DNA of 64,000 bases. It comes from Flectonema sp. DT1601. Taxonomy: Eukaryota. The stretch spans positions 496,001 through 560,000 of the forward strand of contig OZ025787.1 of NCBI GenBank assembly GCA_964019425.1, read 5' to 3'. Positions 1-10,414 of this stretch are shown here, one piece after another; positions within the stretch are counted from its first letter, which is position 1, and each line of letters starts with the position of its first letter. The translations under genes and the position numbers were made by a program. The notes beneath the pieces were generated by a model that did no database searches, was not told the DNA's origin, and saw only the letters and a program-made list of their open reading frames with translations.

Positions 1-51
1 TCACTCTTCATAACGAAATCTTTTATTTACAGAGACACTCTCATCCAGAAT

Positions 52-759
52 ATGGAAGAAGGAGGTCGCAGCACACTTCTCGATGTCGTTTTAAAGAAAT
101 TAAAAGTAAATGTCGAGTCTGGATCACAACTAGTAAGTCGAATAGTCCTCTCTGGTGTGCTAACTACTGGAGAGAGTAGTAAAGGTTTATTTGAGGCTTT
201 AATGAGTGACGAAATGGGTTTCAACGGAGAACAAGGAGAACCTTTATTTACGGGAATCTTGATGGAGACTTCTAGGAATTTCATTCATTATTTGGAAGGG
301 ACTTCTGAAAATGTTTTAAAATATATTGTACTTCTAAACTCAAAGATTGATGAATATGATACCTGTCATGATGTTGTTGTAGCGAGTCATACAGATGATG
401 TTGGGTCGAGAGCTTATTCAAAGTGGGTTCACTGTGAACAACACAATCCCGGAGGGAACATAACCGTTAAAAGAGATCAATTAAAAGTTCTCATCGTTGA
501 TATCATTCAAAACTTAACAGAATTGGGTTCGATGATTTATCAAAAAGAACGACTTCAAATGATGCAATTTCTAACTGGTCTGAAAACATCAAACCCAGAC
601 ATTCTACCAACAGCATCTCAGATTGACTGTATTATAACAAAACCGGGTATTGCATATTGTTTGTCTGTATCAGAATTTTGTCAAATCTATTGCGAACCAG
701 TAGACCTAGTATTACACTCTGAATTGATTTGGCCTCCTCATCCTCCACTCGCATTCTAG
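52..759 (+). CDS. TEX47/C7orf62-like protein (BLUF-fold-related), 235 aa
   Basis: Intact ORF. The TGILMETSRNFIHYLEG segment and C-terminal LHSELIWP resemble the TEX47 family as I recall it. Confidence 0.5.
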   Translation: MEEGGRSTLLDVVLKKLKVNVESGSQLVSRIVLSGVLTTGESSKGLFEALMSDEMGFNGEQGEPLFTGILMETSRNFIHYLEGTSENVLKYIVLLNSKIDEYDTCHDVVVASHTDDVGSRAYSKWVHCEQHNPGGNITVKRDQLKVLIVDIIQNLTELGSMIYQKERLQMMQFLTGLKTSNPDILPTASQIDCIITKPGIAYCLSVSEFCQIYCEPVDLVLHSELIWPPHPPLAF

Positions 760-938
760 TATACTGTATTCTTTAACACACTACATTAATCTTTCTTATT
801 GCGTAATTTGGTTCTATTTTTTAGCTGTGGTGAATAACTTCAGAGTTTCTGTAGACAGGACTAATAGGGGTTTGTGTTTTGGAAGGCATTGACTGTAATT
901 ATCATCTTTTTCAATTAGAAATATCGAAATGATACGAT

Positions 939-2633
939 ATGAAGGAGTCGTGGCAACAATTAGCTGTCGCTGTTGAAGACATTCCGAAGAAGGATCTACC
1001 AAATCAGACTAATTTAGTAAAGAAACTTCACGACTCAGCACTCGGATTAAAATTACGAAAAAAAGATGCATCATCAGCTATTCGAATTCTATGGGGATGT
1101 GCTGCTGCTCGAATTCGTTGTCAGAAATTATTAAAAAAAATAGAACCGACACTAATTTCATTAAACTTAGAAGCACCACACGCGTTGACTGTATTGTGGT
1201 CAATGGCTCGATTAAGAATGAGATCGACTCCGATAGAGAGAAAGGTTACATCGTATTTCAATGATAGGAAATGGGTTTCTATTAATAAAACATACATGTC
1301 ACCTCCACGTGTCGCATCAGCATGTTATTCATTTACAAAACTTGAAATTAGACAACGAAGTCTGTCTGATCGACTTAGTGACTTCTACCTTCGAAAGATT
1401 GACGATATCACTTTTGATCGTTGTGCTGTCCAAGACATGGGAAAGGTCCTGTTTGGTTTATCAACTCTTGGTCGGTGTTCTTTTGAATTGGTATCAAAGG
1501 TTATTTGGTATATAAAGTACAGTAGTTCGTTTCAAATTGCTCTAGAAGACGAGCATTCTTATGTCACAGGTGGCGTATTCCTCCCATCAACAGTCATAAA
1601 TAGACATCACTTCGCATCTTCACAATTCAATAAAATAATTACAACCGTTAGAGACAACCTTCAAGAACTTACAATCAGATATTTATCAATGTGTGGTCAT
1701 TCTGTTTTGTGGAGACCATTAAGCCGTGCGATGTATAATTATTCTTCTACTGGTGATGTAAATTTCCTGCTTATAGATGCTGTATCACAAGTAATATCAG
1801 ATCACGCCTTATCACAACGGCATCATAAATTTACTGGTAGTGAATCGATGCTCTTTTGTTTTAGTTTTGATGTAGCTGGTCTTCGAATACCAGAAAATTG
1901 TATTAAGGTGATATGTGATAGCAATTTTGAATGTTTCTGTAAACCGGAAATGATACCAAAAAAAGTTTTGCTTCGGTTAATTCGAAATGAGAGTTCGCTG
2001 TTATTGGATAATAATAAAAATATATTGCTGTTGTTCAAACGGTTAGTTGAAAAAATGATATTTTCACCTCCTGAAATTATTACATTGTCAGCAACATCAA
2101 AGATTGTGACGGTTCGATACGCATGTGAAGGAATTAGTTTAAAAGAGATTACTAATCCGATTCGACTATCGAAATTGTTCGAATTGATTTCAAAGAATGA
2201 CAACGAACTGAATTCTAAAATAATCCTGTTCGTTTCTGCAACTCGTTTTGCTAAGGAGCTTTTATTTTATCAAAATCACGAATCAGCTCTTACGATTGCT
2301 TTGGAAACTCGATTAGTGTGTGCTGAATCACTTTCTGATTTACTTCTACAAAATTCATTATCACTTCTTGACTGTATCAGAGTATTATACGCCGCGTCAC
2401 TATTTCCTATTTGTGAAAAAACGACTCCTTTATTGGATCTTACCTGCGCATACTTAAGAACTCGTACTCCAGAATGGAACATATATCACTGTCGTGACAT
2501 TGTTAATGTGCTGAGTGATATAACATTAAAAAATAACTTCAATGAATCACCACACGTGATCAACACAATAAACAAACTATCCACATCAGTCCAGCGATTC
2601 ATTGACTGCCAAGCAGCTGTTAAATTATCGTAG
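939..2633 (+). CDS. Helical-repeat protein (FASTK/RAP-associated or OPR-like), possibly organellar RNA-binding, 564 aa
   Basis: Long intact ORF with recurring motifs ILWGCAAA, VLWSMARL, ACYSFTKL, VLFGLSTL spaced about 35-43 aa apart. Confidence 0.45.
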   Translation: MKESWQQLAVAVEDIPKKDLPNQTNLVKKLHDSALGLKLRKKDASSAIRILWGCAAARIRCQKLLKKIEPTLISLNLEAPHALTVLWSMARLRMRSTPIERKVTSYFNDRKWVSINKTYMSPPRVASACYSFTKLEIRQRSLSDRLSDFYLRKIDDITFDRCAVQDMGKVLFGLSTLGRCSFELVSKVIWYIKYSSSFQIALEDEHSYVTGGVFLPSTVINRHHFASSQFNKIITTVRDNLQELTIRYLSMCGHSVLWRPLSRAMYNYSSTGDVNFLLIDAVSQVISDHALSQRHHKFTGSESMLFCFSFDVAGLRIPENCIKVICDSNFECFCKPEMIPKKVLLRLIRNESSLLLDNNKNILLLFKRLVEKMIFSPPEIITLSATSKIVTVRYACEGISLKEITNPIRLSKLFELISKNDNELNSKIILFVSATRFAKELLFYQNHESALTIALETRLVCAESLSDLLLQNSLSLLDCIRVLYAASLFPICEKTTPLLDLTCAYLRTRTPEWNIYHCRDIVNVLSDITLKNNFNESPHVINTINKLSTSVQRFIDCQAAVKLS

Positions 2634-2765
2634 TTGGGATGATTATTTTTTATATTCTATAAGAGCTGCTGAGTCGGTTGCTTATTAATGGTGTTGAACA
2701 TTTTTAGGTTCTTCTCAGTCATCTTTCTCTCAAAAAAGAACACAGTAATAATAATAAAAAAAAAA

Positions 2766-5729
2766 ATGTCAAATTACAGGGACCAATTATTACAATTATA
2801 TACAACTTATCGTCCTGACTTAATATCGCATGTGGATATACTTCTTGAGAAGTTTAAAGGAAGAGAAGAAGAGCTTTTAAGAAGATGTCGGGACAGATAT
2901 GCACATGACAAGTGTAGAGTTCCAAAAGAAATGAGAGACTTGGGTGATTTGATTGATGAGCTGTTAGAGACCTGTTCAGAGGATTGCTTAACTAAAGCAA
3001 AACGTAGCAAAGCTATTGAGGTTTTGGAACGAGCCTTTAAGGCTTGGACTGGAGATGAAACAAGCAGATGCCTCGTTTACGGATCGGTTGCCTATGATGC
3101 GCATTTACCAAATTCTGATACGGATATTTTGTGTATCACTGCGTCTCATATGACGTGTTCTGATTTCATATCTGATTTCGGAAACTTTTTATTACAATAC
3201 CGAGAACAAGATAATCACAATCACCAACGTCCTCCATACTGTACAGAATCTGACATATTATTAATACCGACCGCAATGCCTCCTTTAATTCAAGTTCGGA
3301 TATTCGATATTGAACACGATGTGTTATTTACTAAAGTAGTAGGCTCTCCTCTACCTCCACCTCATTTATTTAATGTACTTGATCCAAGTTACTTGGTCGG
3401 CATGAATGATATTTCACGAAGGTCACTCGGAGGTCCAATTCTCGTCCAGACAATAATCAATATTCTAAATAAAGCTGGTATCCAGTTCGTAGTATTTTGT
3501 CGTGCTTTGAAGGCCGTAAAACTTTGGGCAGTCAGAAGAGGAATTCATGGAGCAAAATACGGATACCCAGGTGGCGCTGCGTGGGTGGCGCTAACATGTG
3601 CTGCAGCACGCAGATGCCTCCCTGGAAGTTCTGCTTTGCATATTATTGAAACTTTTTTTAAATTACATTCTGGAACAGGTCTTTGCTACCCAGTCTGTAT
3701 TACTCAAGTCCCTGACAACTGGAGGAAGAGTCCTGGAGACGCAATGGCTGTTCTGGTTCCTGCACCCGCACCAGAGATGGCACCAAAAATAGTAATCAAC
3801 ACGTGTAACACTGTTACAAAGTGTACTTTAATGTCACTTGTCACTGAGTTAAATAGAGCTGCGGCTTTATTTTCTATTCACGTAGAAGGGGAAGACAGAA
3901 AGAACCGCTTGAAATCGATATGGAATTCAAGTGATTTCTTTTCATCGTTTCAAAGTTTCTTACAAATAGAAATCAGAGCAGCAAGTCTTTCAGGTCTCTC
4001 CCCATGGCTGTCATTCATAAGTAGTAGAGTAAGAGACTTGTTAGTACTTGTTGATATTTGGATGCAGAATTCTGATTCATGCAGTAGTGAAACATCAACT
4101 ATAAGATTATATCCATTCTTATTCAGAACTGATAAACCTTTATCATTACTTGATGTATTGCCTCCAAATCTTATGCAAGCACGAAGAGCATGTGTTGCCC
4201 CTGCAGCACCAGGTGATTTCGCGGGATATATCTACCTTGGATTGTCGACTCAGAATACGAGACTTCCTAAAGATGGAGGTGATACTTTTCAAAAAGAAGA
4301 AGCTGATGATCTGATTAAATCACTTGAGGAATGGGTTGACACATGCAATGCGTGGTTTGGTAAAACAGAAGAGATGTTCACACCAACAATGTCTGTTATT
4401 GATTCATCAAGCCTTCCTGACTTTGTTAGAATTGCTGGAAAAAATAAAAGGGAAGGAAACGTTTCACCAGAGCCAAAAGCGACATCAGATCTCCTAAGAG
4501 CTTTTAAAGCAGGTGTTCAAGGTGATCATCTTCCATTGGTTGTTAAGAAAGTTATTCCTGAAGCAGGAGTCTATTTATCATGGATGCCTTCTGTTCCTTC
4601 TGACGAAAACGATCCTCACCTTCTTAAAGACACGGCTGTTGCAATAAAAGCTGTTGATGGTGACGGTGAATCAGCTTGGGTAGTAACTGAACACGGTGCT
4701 GAAGGGTTCGTTTCCCAAAAAGACTTAGCAGACTACCTTCTCATAGATAACATAAAAGATCAAATGGATAATTTTCCACTAACACAAGTGATTAACACAC
4801 CACTTGGATCAACTGACCAATACTCTCCCCTAACACCATCAACAGCTATAATGAGAACAATAGGCGACTCAAGGCTCCGCACACACCCCATAGAAGAAAG
4901 CACATGGGTTGATAAAGGTCTCGTACTCGATGGGACTTTCATCGCCGTTCGGGCGATCGATGAGCAGGGAGAGTATGCGCTGGTTCGGTTTAAAAAATAT
5001 GATGGATTTATAAAGACTAAACACCTCGCAGCTATAAAAGATGGAGGATGGATAAATTCAACCAGAAGTGCTGCTCTACGTCAAGTAATTGAATTAGCTA
5101 AGATTACTGGAAAGCCGAAGAAATTGGGAATTCTGACACCGATGGAAACCAGTTATGTGAACTCGTTTGCGAGTACGTCAGGTATCGTTGTTGATACATT
5201 CGCTGATCAGAGTTTTTGTTTCCGTCATCCAGAAACTCATCGAGATTTCCCAATGTCTCCAGTTAGTAATTGTGAAGATGTGTTGTACTCTGGTATTACT
5301 CTTGATCAGGAGTCAATTAATTCAGTTATTCAATATTATAAAAAACTAAATCTTGACATTCCTCCCAGAGTCGATTCCGACCAACTCGTAGCTGTCGTAA
5401 AGATTGGATCCTTACACGATGCTCTGACTGAAGGGCAGATTGTTCATCCACAAGTAGTCGCATTTGGTAAAACGCCTAATGGGATTGCCTTTGGGTTAAC
5501 TGGTTGTAAGACTCACACTGTACTACCCACACCACATGTTATAATTGGTTATAAAGGCACGTCTGATGATCTCCCTGTTCTTCAAGGTCGCATATCATGG
5601 GAACTCCTTCCCGAAGATGAGATATTTTCAATTACTGGAGAACTACAGCAGTACGTATCTGATGGTATTTGTCAACATTGGAGTGACGAATATCTCGATG
5701 AGTCTGACAGACACTATTCTTTTGAGTGA
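2766..5729 (+). CDS. Poly(A) polymerase-like nucleotidyltransferase with C-terminal accessory domains
   Basis: YGSVAYDAHLPNSDTDILC (GS...DxD motif) and LKAVKLWAVRRGIHGAKYGYPGGAAW (PAP central domain). ATG 2766 preferred to 2688 because the upstream part is low-complexity. Confidence 0.85.
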   Translation: MSNYRDQLLQLYTTYRPDLISHVDILLEKFKGREEELLRRCRDRYAHDKCRVPKEMRDLGDLIDELLETCSEDCLTKAKRSKAIEVLERAFKAWTGDETSRCLVYGSVAYDAHLPNSDTDILCITASHMTCSDFISDFGNFLLQYREQDNHNHQRPPYCTESDILLIPTAMPPLIQVRIFDIEHDVLFTKVVGSPLPPPHLFNVLDPSYLVGMNDISRRSLGGPILVQTIINILNKAGIQFVVFCRALKAVKLWAVRRGIHGAKYGYPGGAAWVALTCAAARRCLPGSSALHIIETFFKLHSGTGLCYPVCITQVPDNWRKSPGDAMAVLVPAPAPEMAPKIVINTCNTVTKCTLMSLVTELNRAAALFSIHVEGEDRKNRLKSIWNSSDFFSSFQSFLQIEIRAASLSGLSPWLSFISSRVRDLLVLVDIWMQNSDSCSSETSTIRLYPFLFRTDKPLSLLDVLPPNLMQARRACVAPAAPGDFAGYIYLGLSTQNTRLPKDGGDTFQKEEADDLIKSLEEWVDTCNAWFGKTEEMFTPTMSVIDSSSLPDFVRIAGKNKREGNVSPEPKATSDLLRAFKAGVQGDHLPLVVKKVIPEAGVYLSWMPSVPSDENDPHLLKDTAVAIKAVDGDGESAWVVTEHGAEGFVSQKDLADYLLIDNIKDQMDNFPLTQVINTPLGSTDQYSPLTPSTAIMRTIGDSRLRTHPIEESTWVDKGLVLDGTFIAVRAIDEQGEYALVRFKKYDGFIKTKHLAAIKDGGWINSTRSAALRQVIELAKITGKPKKLGILTPMETSYVNSFASTSGIVVDTFADQSFCFRHPETHRDFPMSPVSNCEDVLYSGITLDQESINSVIQYYKKLNLDIPPRVDSDQLVAVVKIGSLHDALTEGQIVHPQVVAFGKTPNGIAFGLTGCKTHTVLPTPHVIIGYKGTSDDLPVLQGRISWELLPEDEIFSITGELQQYVSDGICQHWSDEYLDESDRHYSFE

Positions 5730-6466
5730 AAACTACGTCAGTTTACTTGACTCACACTCAGGTCTTTTATTACTCAAAAAGACTAATCAAACTGTTCGTC
5801 TGATTTGATCGTCAGTTTTCTGTTTGTTATGAAAAAAAAAACGAGTTGCGTTTTTGTTTGTTTCATTTGTGCCCTCCATCCTACAAAATGTGTTTGCAGT
5901 TAAAGACCCAGGAATTGATGTCTTTTGTTTTTTTTTTTGTTGCACCGACGAAGTCGGAGAAGAAACTATTCAAATTAAGAGTCTTTTATTTATTAACTAA
6001 GTACAAGGCTTCTCTGAATGGTTTTTTTTTTTTTTCCTTTTTTCGGGAAGCTTAGTTTCTTCAGCAGTCACAAGTAGGTCTGTTAAAACCTTTTACTTTT
6101 ACTTTTTTGTGAAAAAAGGTGTCTTCGTGCGTTCAGGTTTCGAGTAACGACAATGTCGGTAGCAACAGTACTTTATTTTATACATTCAAACGACAAGGTT
6201 TGCTTACGTTGCTGTTACCTCGTAACTTTATAGAGCTCGTCCGATGGTCCTTAGTTTGCGATATCATTAATGCATACCATGCAGTGTGATAGGCTTATAT
6301 ATCAGATTCCCTGTTTTCCTTGATCACTGAAGAAGTCGCCAACGAATGGTTTTAAGCCTACTGCTTGTGTTGCTGTATATCAACTTATTATCTTTGATCA
6401 TTATTTGTGTGTTTTAATTACGTATTTCCCCATCAAAAGCATCTTATCAAACTTTCCATTTAAAAT

Positions 6467-7245
6467 ATGTCTGCCCTTCACGACAAGCTTTCAAAGAGAC
6501 GTAAGTTCGTAGCTGACGGTGTCTTCTACTGTGAGTTGAACGAGTACCTCAGAAGAGAACTCGCTGAGGATGGTTTCTCTGGAGTTGAGGTATGTTTTGG
6601 AATATATTTATTTTATTACTTTCTTTGTTTTAATTCAGTTTTTGACTGTTTTAATATACTTTCCTATTCTGATTGATATTCTCTGAACAAATCATACAAA
6701 ACAACTAACAGGTAAGAGTAACCCCACAACGTACTGAGATCATCATCAAAGCCACTCGCTCAAAGGATGTTCTCGGAGAGGGAGGTCGTCGTATCAGAGA
6801 ATTGACTTCAGTTGTTCAGAAGAGATTCGGATTCCCAGAAGGAGGAGTTGAATTGTACGCTGAGCGTGTCATGAACAGAGGTCTGTCTGCCATTGCTCAG
6901 ACTGAGTCTTTGAGATACAAACTTGTTGGAGGACTTCCAGTCCGTCGTGCATGCTACGGAGTTATGAAGTTCGTAATGGAATCCCAGGCTAAGGGTATTG
7001 AGATCGTCGTTGCTGGTAAGATCAGAGGACAGAGAGCAAAGGCCATGAAGTTCAAGGACGGATACATGAAGTGGTCTGGAGACGTCCCAAGAGACTTCGT
7101 GTCTGAGTGCACCAGACACATCTACATGAGACAGGGAGTTCTTGGTCTTAAGGTTAAGATTATGCTTGACTGGGACCCTAAGGGAGAGAAGGGACCAACT
7201 AAGCCACAACCTGATGTTGTCACTGTTTACAACCCAAAGGAATAA
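6467..7245 (+). CDS. RPS3: 40S ribosomal protein S3 (uS3), copy 1; exons 6467-6589 and 6712-7245
   Basis: [12 protein letters not shown]...[11 protein letters not shown] joins in frame to [12 protein letters not shown]...[12 protein letters not shown] across a GTATGT...CTAACAG intron (6590-6711). Confidence 0.97.
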
Positions 7246-8144
7246 ATATTTCACTTTGTAATCACTTAAGGTTATTCTCTCTTCTCTGCATGTATTTTTG
7301 TAAATCGCAGATTTTCTTCTTTTTTTTTTAGCTTTCAGTTTACGTCCGATGGAACTCAATTGTGTTATCAGCAACTACTTTGAACACAATACAATATACT
7401 TCTTCTGTTTTGATCAAAAAAGTCCCATGGCGTTGCTGTTATTTTACTGCGCAATCTAATTTGGTATTAGTGCTCGTCATTTGAGATTATTATTCTAATT
7501 ATTGCAAGGCAGAGTAATCTATCTACTGATTTTTTTTAATAATTTTGTTTCAAAATTATTTTTTTAAAAAAATGCATCACCGTTTTTCCGAGTTCCTTTT
7601 TTTTAAATTCTCATTTCCTTTACGAAATAAATTACTTCAATAGCGAACAACGATTATATTTTTACGTAATTTCAATGTTTCAGAAAGAGTATTCTCACGA
7701 GGGTTGCTACAGATCTATATTCCCCCTCTTCAGGTAATTGATTGTCTGAGAAATTGTTGTTCCTGAGCTTTAAAATGCAGTATCAAATTACCTCTTCACA
7801 TGTAGCACATCCGCTCTCTCGAAACCTAAATAGTTACTTTAAAAGGCTAAGTTAAGCATCACCATAGTTCAATTCATCCTTAACAGATTGTTAAATTATT
7901 GTTATGTTAATATGATACAAAAACAGTTGTATTTTATAATTCAATTCCGCTCGTCAGGCAGAAGACATTCATTCTAATGAGACCAGTAGTCTTTTTAATT
8001 AATTATTTTGTATAATTCCATACTTGTATCCTTTAAAGGGGGAATTCCAAAATAAAGCGGAAATAAAGGGCTTTGTAATTATATCCCATTTAAAAAAGGG
8101 GGACACGTATATGTAGTTATACTAAAGTAGTATACTGGACAAGG

Positions 8145-8368
8145 TGGAAGCATTGTGGTTATAGTATCTCTTGATCTACTATGGAAGCATTGTGGTTATA
8201 GTATCTCTTGATCTACTATGGAAGCATTGTGGTTATAGTATCTCTTGATCTACTATGGAAGCATTGTGGTTATAGTATCTCTTGATCTACTATGGAAGCA
8301 TTGTGGTTATAGTATCTCTTGATCTACTATGGAAGCATTGTGGTTATAGTATCTCTTGATCTACTATG
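8145..8368. repeat. Minisatellite, 37-bp unit x6
   Basis: TGGAAGCATTGTGGTTATAGTATCTCTTGATCTACTA repeated head to tail with no spacers. Confidence 0.95.
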
Positions 8369-8567
8369 CACTGCCGAGACTAATAATATAATTTTCTGTG
8401 GTTAGGTTCAACTTTCTATAACAGAATTGGTGACCCTCAAAGAGCTACCAAGTTCTATTTGAGTGTCTACCCATCCGATACTCGGTGGTCTGATGGACTC
8501 GATAACTATTTCGGTCCTTGTCATTAACTAAGTTAACTCCTCTCTTCAGTTTATCGAATTTCAAACG

Positions 8568-10122
8568 ATGTCTGCCCTTCACGACAAGCTTTCAAAGAGA
8601 CGTAAGTTCGTAGCTGACGGTGTCTTCTACTGTGAGTTGAACGAGTACCTCAGAAGAGAACTCGCTGAGGATGGTTTCTCTGGAGTTGAGGTATGTTTTG
8701 GAATACTGTAAAGGGAAATATTCTTGTGGGGAAAAACCCGCGAGTTTTTTTCATTTTCCCTAAATCCGCGAGAATATTTCCCCGCGAGAGTATTTCCCTG
8801 CTAACAAACATTTTGCCCAGCAATTTTTTTCCCCCCTTGTCAAGATTGTCGGAGAAATTGTTGTTCCTTTGAGCTTGAAAATGCAGTATCAACTTACCCC
8901 TTGTGAAAGAAAAGATGTGAAAATACGAAAAACTAGCAAAATGTATTTAGTGCAGTTATATTTTATTGGTGTGCTGTAAGTAGAAAAATGTAATTTAGAA
9001 ATGAACATGTAAATTTCGCTTGACTGCCTGCATATTGTTCCTTCCTCTATACAACTTAACTGCATGTCTTGCTGTTGTCTCTGCAAGTCTCTCATTACCT
9101 TCACACTGGTTTCACACCCTGATCCCTGCTGGTTTGTGGCTACTGACATCCGCCTACCTATCTCAATGAGCTCTTTGTTTTCCCACTTCACTTGGTTTCT
9201 CCTTCCCTTTACTCTCTTTAATACTTCTTACAATGGGTCCAGGGAGGTTAAATAGTGGTGGTGGTGCAGTTCAAATAAATTCTTTTAACTTTTGGTTCCA
9301 ACCTTTACTTACAAGACATAAAAATAAAAATCCTTACATAAATCTGCAGTAAGTTTTTTTTGTTGCAGTGAAATATTTCTTACAGTAGAAATCCTCTGTG
9401 GCAGGGAAATATTCTTGTGGGGAAAAACCCGCGAGTTTGAAAAAAATTCCCAAATCCGCGAGAATATTTCCCTTTACAATATATTTATTTTATTACTTTC
9501 TTTGTTTTAATTCAGTTTTTGGCTGTTTTAATATACTTTCCTATTCTGATTGATATTCTCTGAACAAATCATACAAACCAACTAACAGGTAAGAGTAACC
9601 CCACAACGTACTGAGATCATCATCAAAGCCACTCGCTCAAAGGATGTTCTCGGAGAGGGAGGTCGTCGTATCAGAGAATTGACTTCAGTTGTTCAGAAGA
9701 GATTCGGATTCCCAGAAGGAGGAGTTGAATTGTACGCTGAGCGTGTCATGAACAGAGGTCTGTCTGCCATTGCTCAGACTGAGTCTTTGAGATACAAACT
9801 TGTTGGAGGACTTCCAGTCCGTCGTGCATGCTACGGAGTTATGAAGTTCGTAATGGAATCCCAGGCTAAGGGTATTGAGATCGTCGTTGCTGGTAAGATC
9901 AGAGGACAGAGAGCAAAGGCCATGAAGTTCAAGGATGGATACATGAAGTGGTCTGGAGACGTCCCAAGAGACTTCGTGTCTGAGTGCACCAGACACATCT
10001 ACATGAGACAGGGAGTTCTTGGTCTTAAGGTTAAGATTATGCTTGACTGGGACCCTAAGGGAGAGAAGGGACCAACTAAGCCACAACCTGATGTTGTCAC
10101 TGTTTACAACCCAAAGGAATAA
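8568..10122 (+). CDS. RPS3: 40S ribosomal protein S3 (uS3), copy 2; exons 8568-8690 and 9589-10122
   Basis: Exons near-identical to copy 1. Same intron position, but the intron is 898 nt versus 122 nt. Confidence 0.95.
8706..9479. mobile_element. MITE (Tc1/mariner-pogo type), 774 bp, in the RPS3 copy 2 intron
   Basis: TIRs CTGTAAAGGGAAATATTCT / AGAATATTTCCCTTTACAA with a TA duplication. The empty site GGAA-TA-TATTTATT is present in the copy 1 intron, and the intron length difference of 776 equals 774+2. Confidence 0.93.
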
Positions 10123-10414
10123 GCCTGCAGCAGACTGCCTTTATTTAAGTATTAATGTCGTAGCATTACTTGTCAAGTTTATTATTTTATCTACAATATA
10201 GTCTACGAGAAAGGTGGCAAAAAAAAAACAAAAAAAAAAAAGTAAGGCACCGTTTTTATCAAACTTTGAATTATTCTTTGCAAGAGTTTTTTATATTCTT
10301 ATTATCTGGTTTCCACAGAGAGCTCAAGGAAAAAAGTAAGATAACAAACAATAATAAACATGGACAGTAGCTGATGCTCAACCAATTAAACAGCGGTAAT
10401 CTTATATTATACTA

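Noticed and set aside
8145..8368. 37-bp repeat as a CRISPR array
   Set aside because: No spacers, no cas genes, eukaryotic context.
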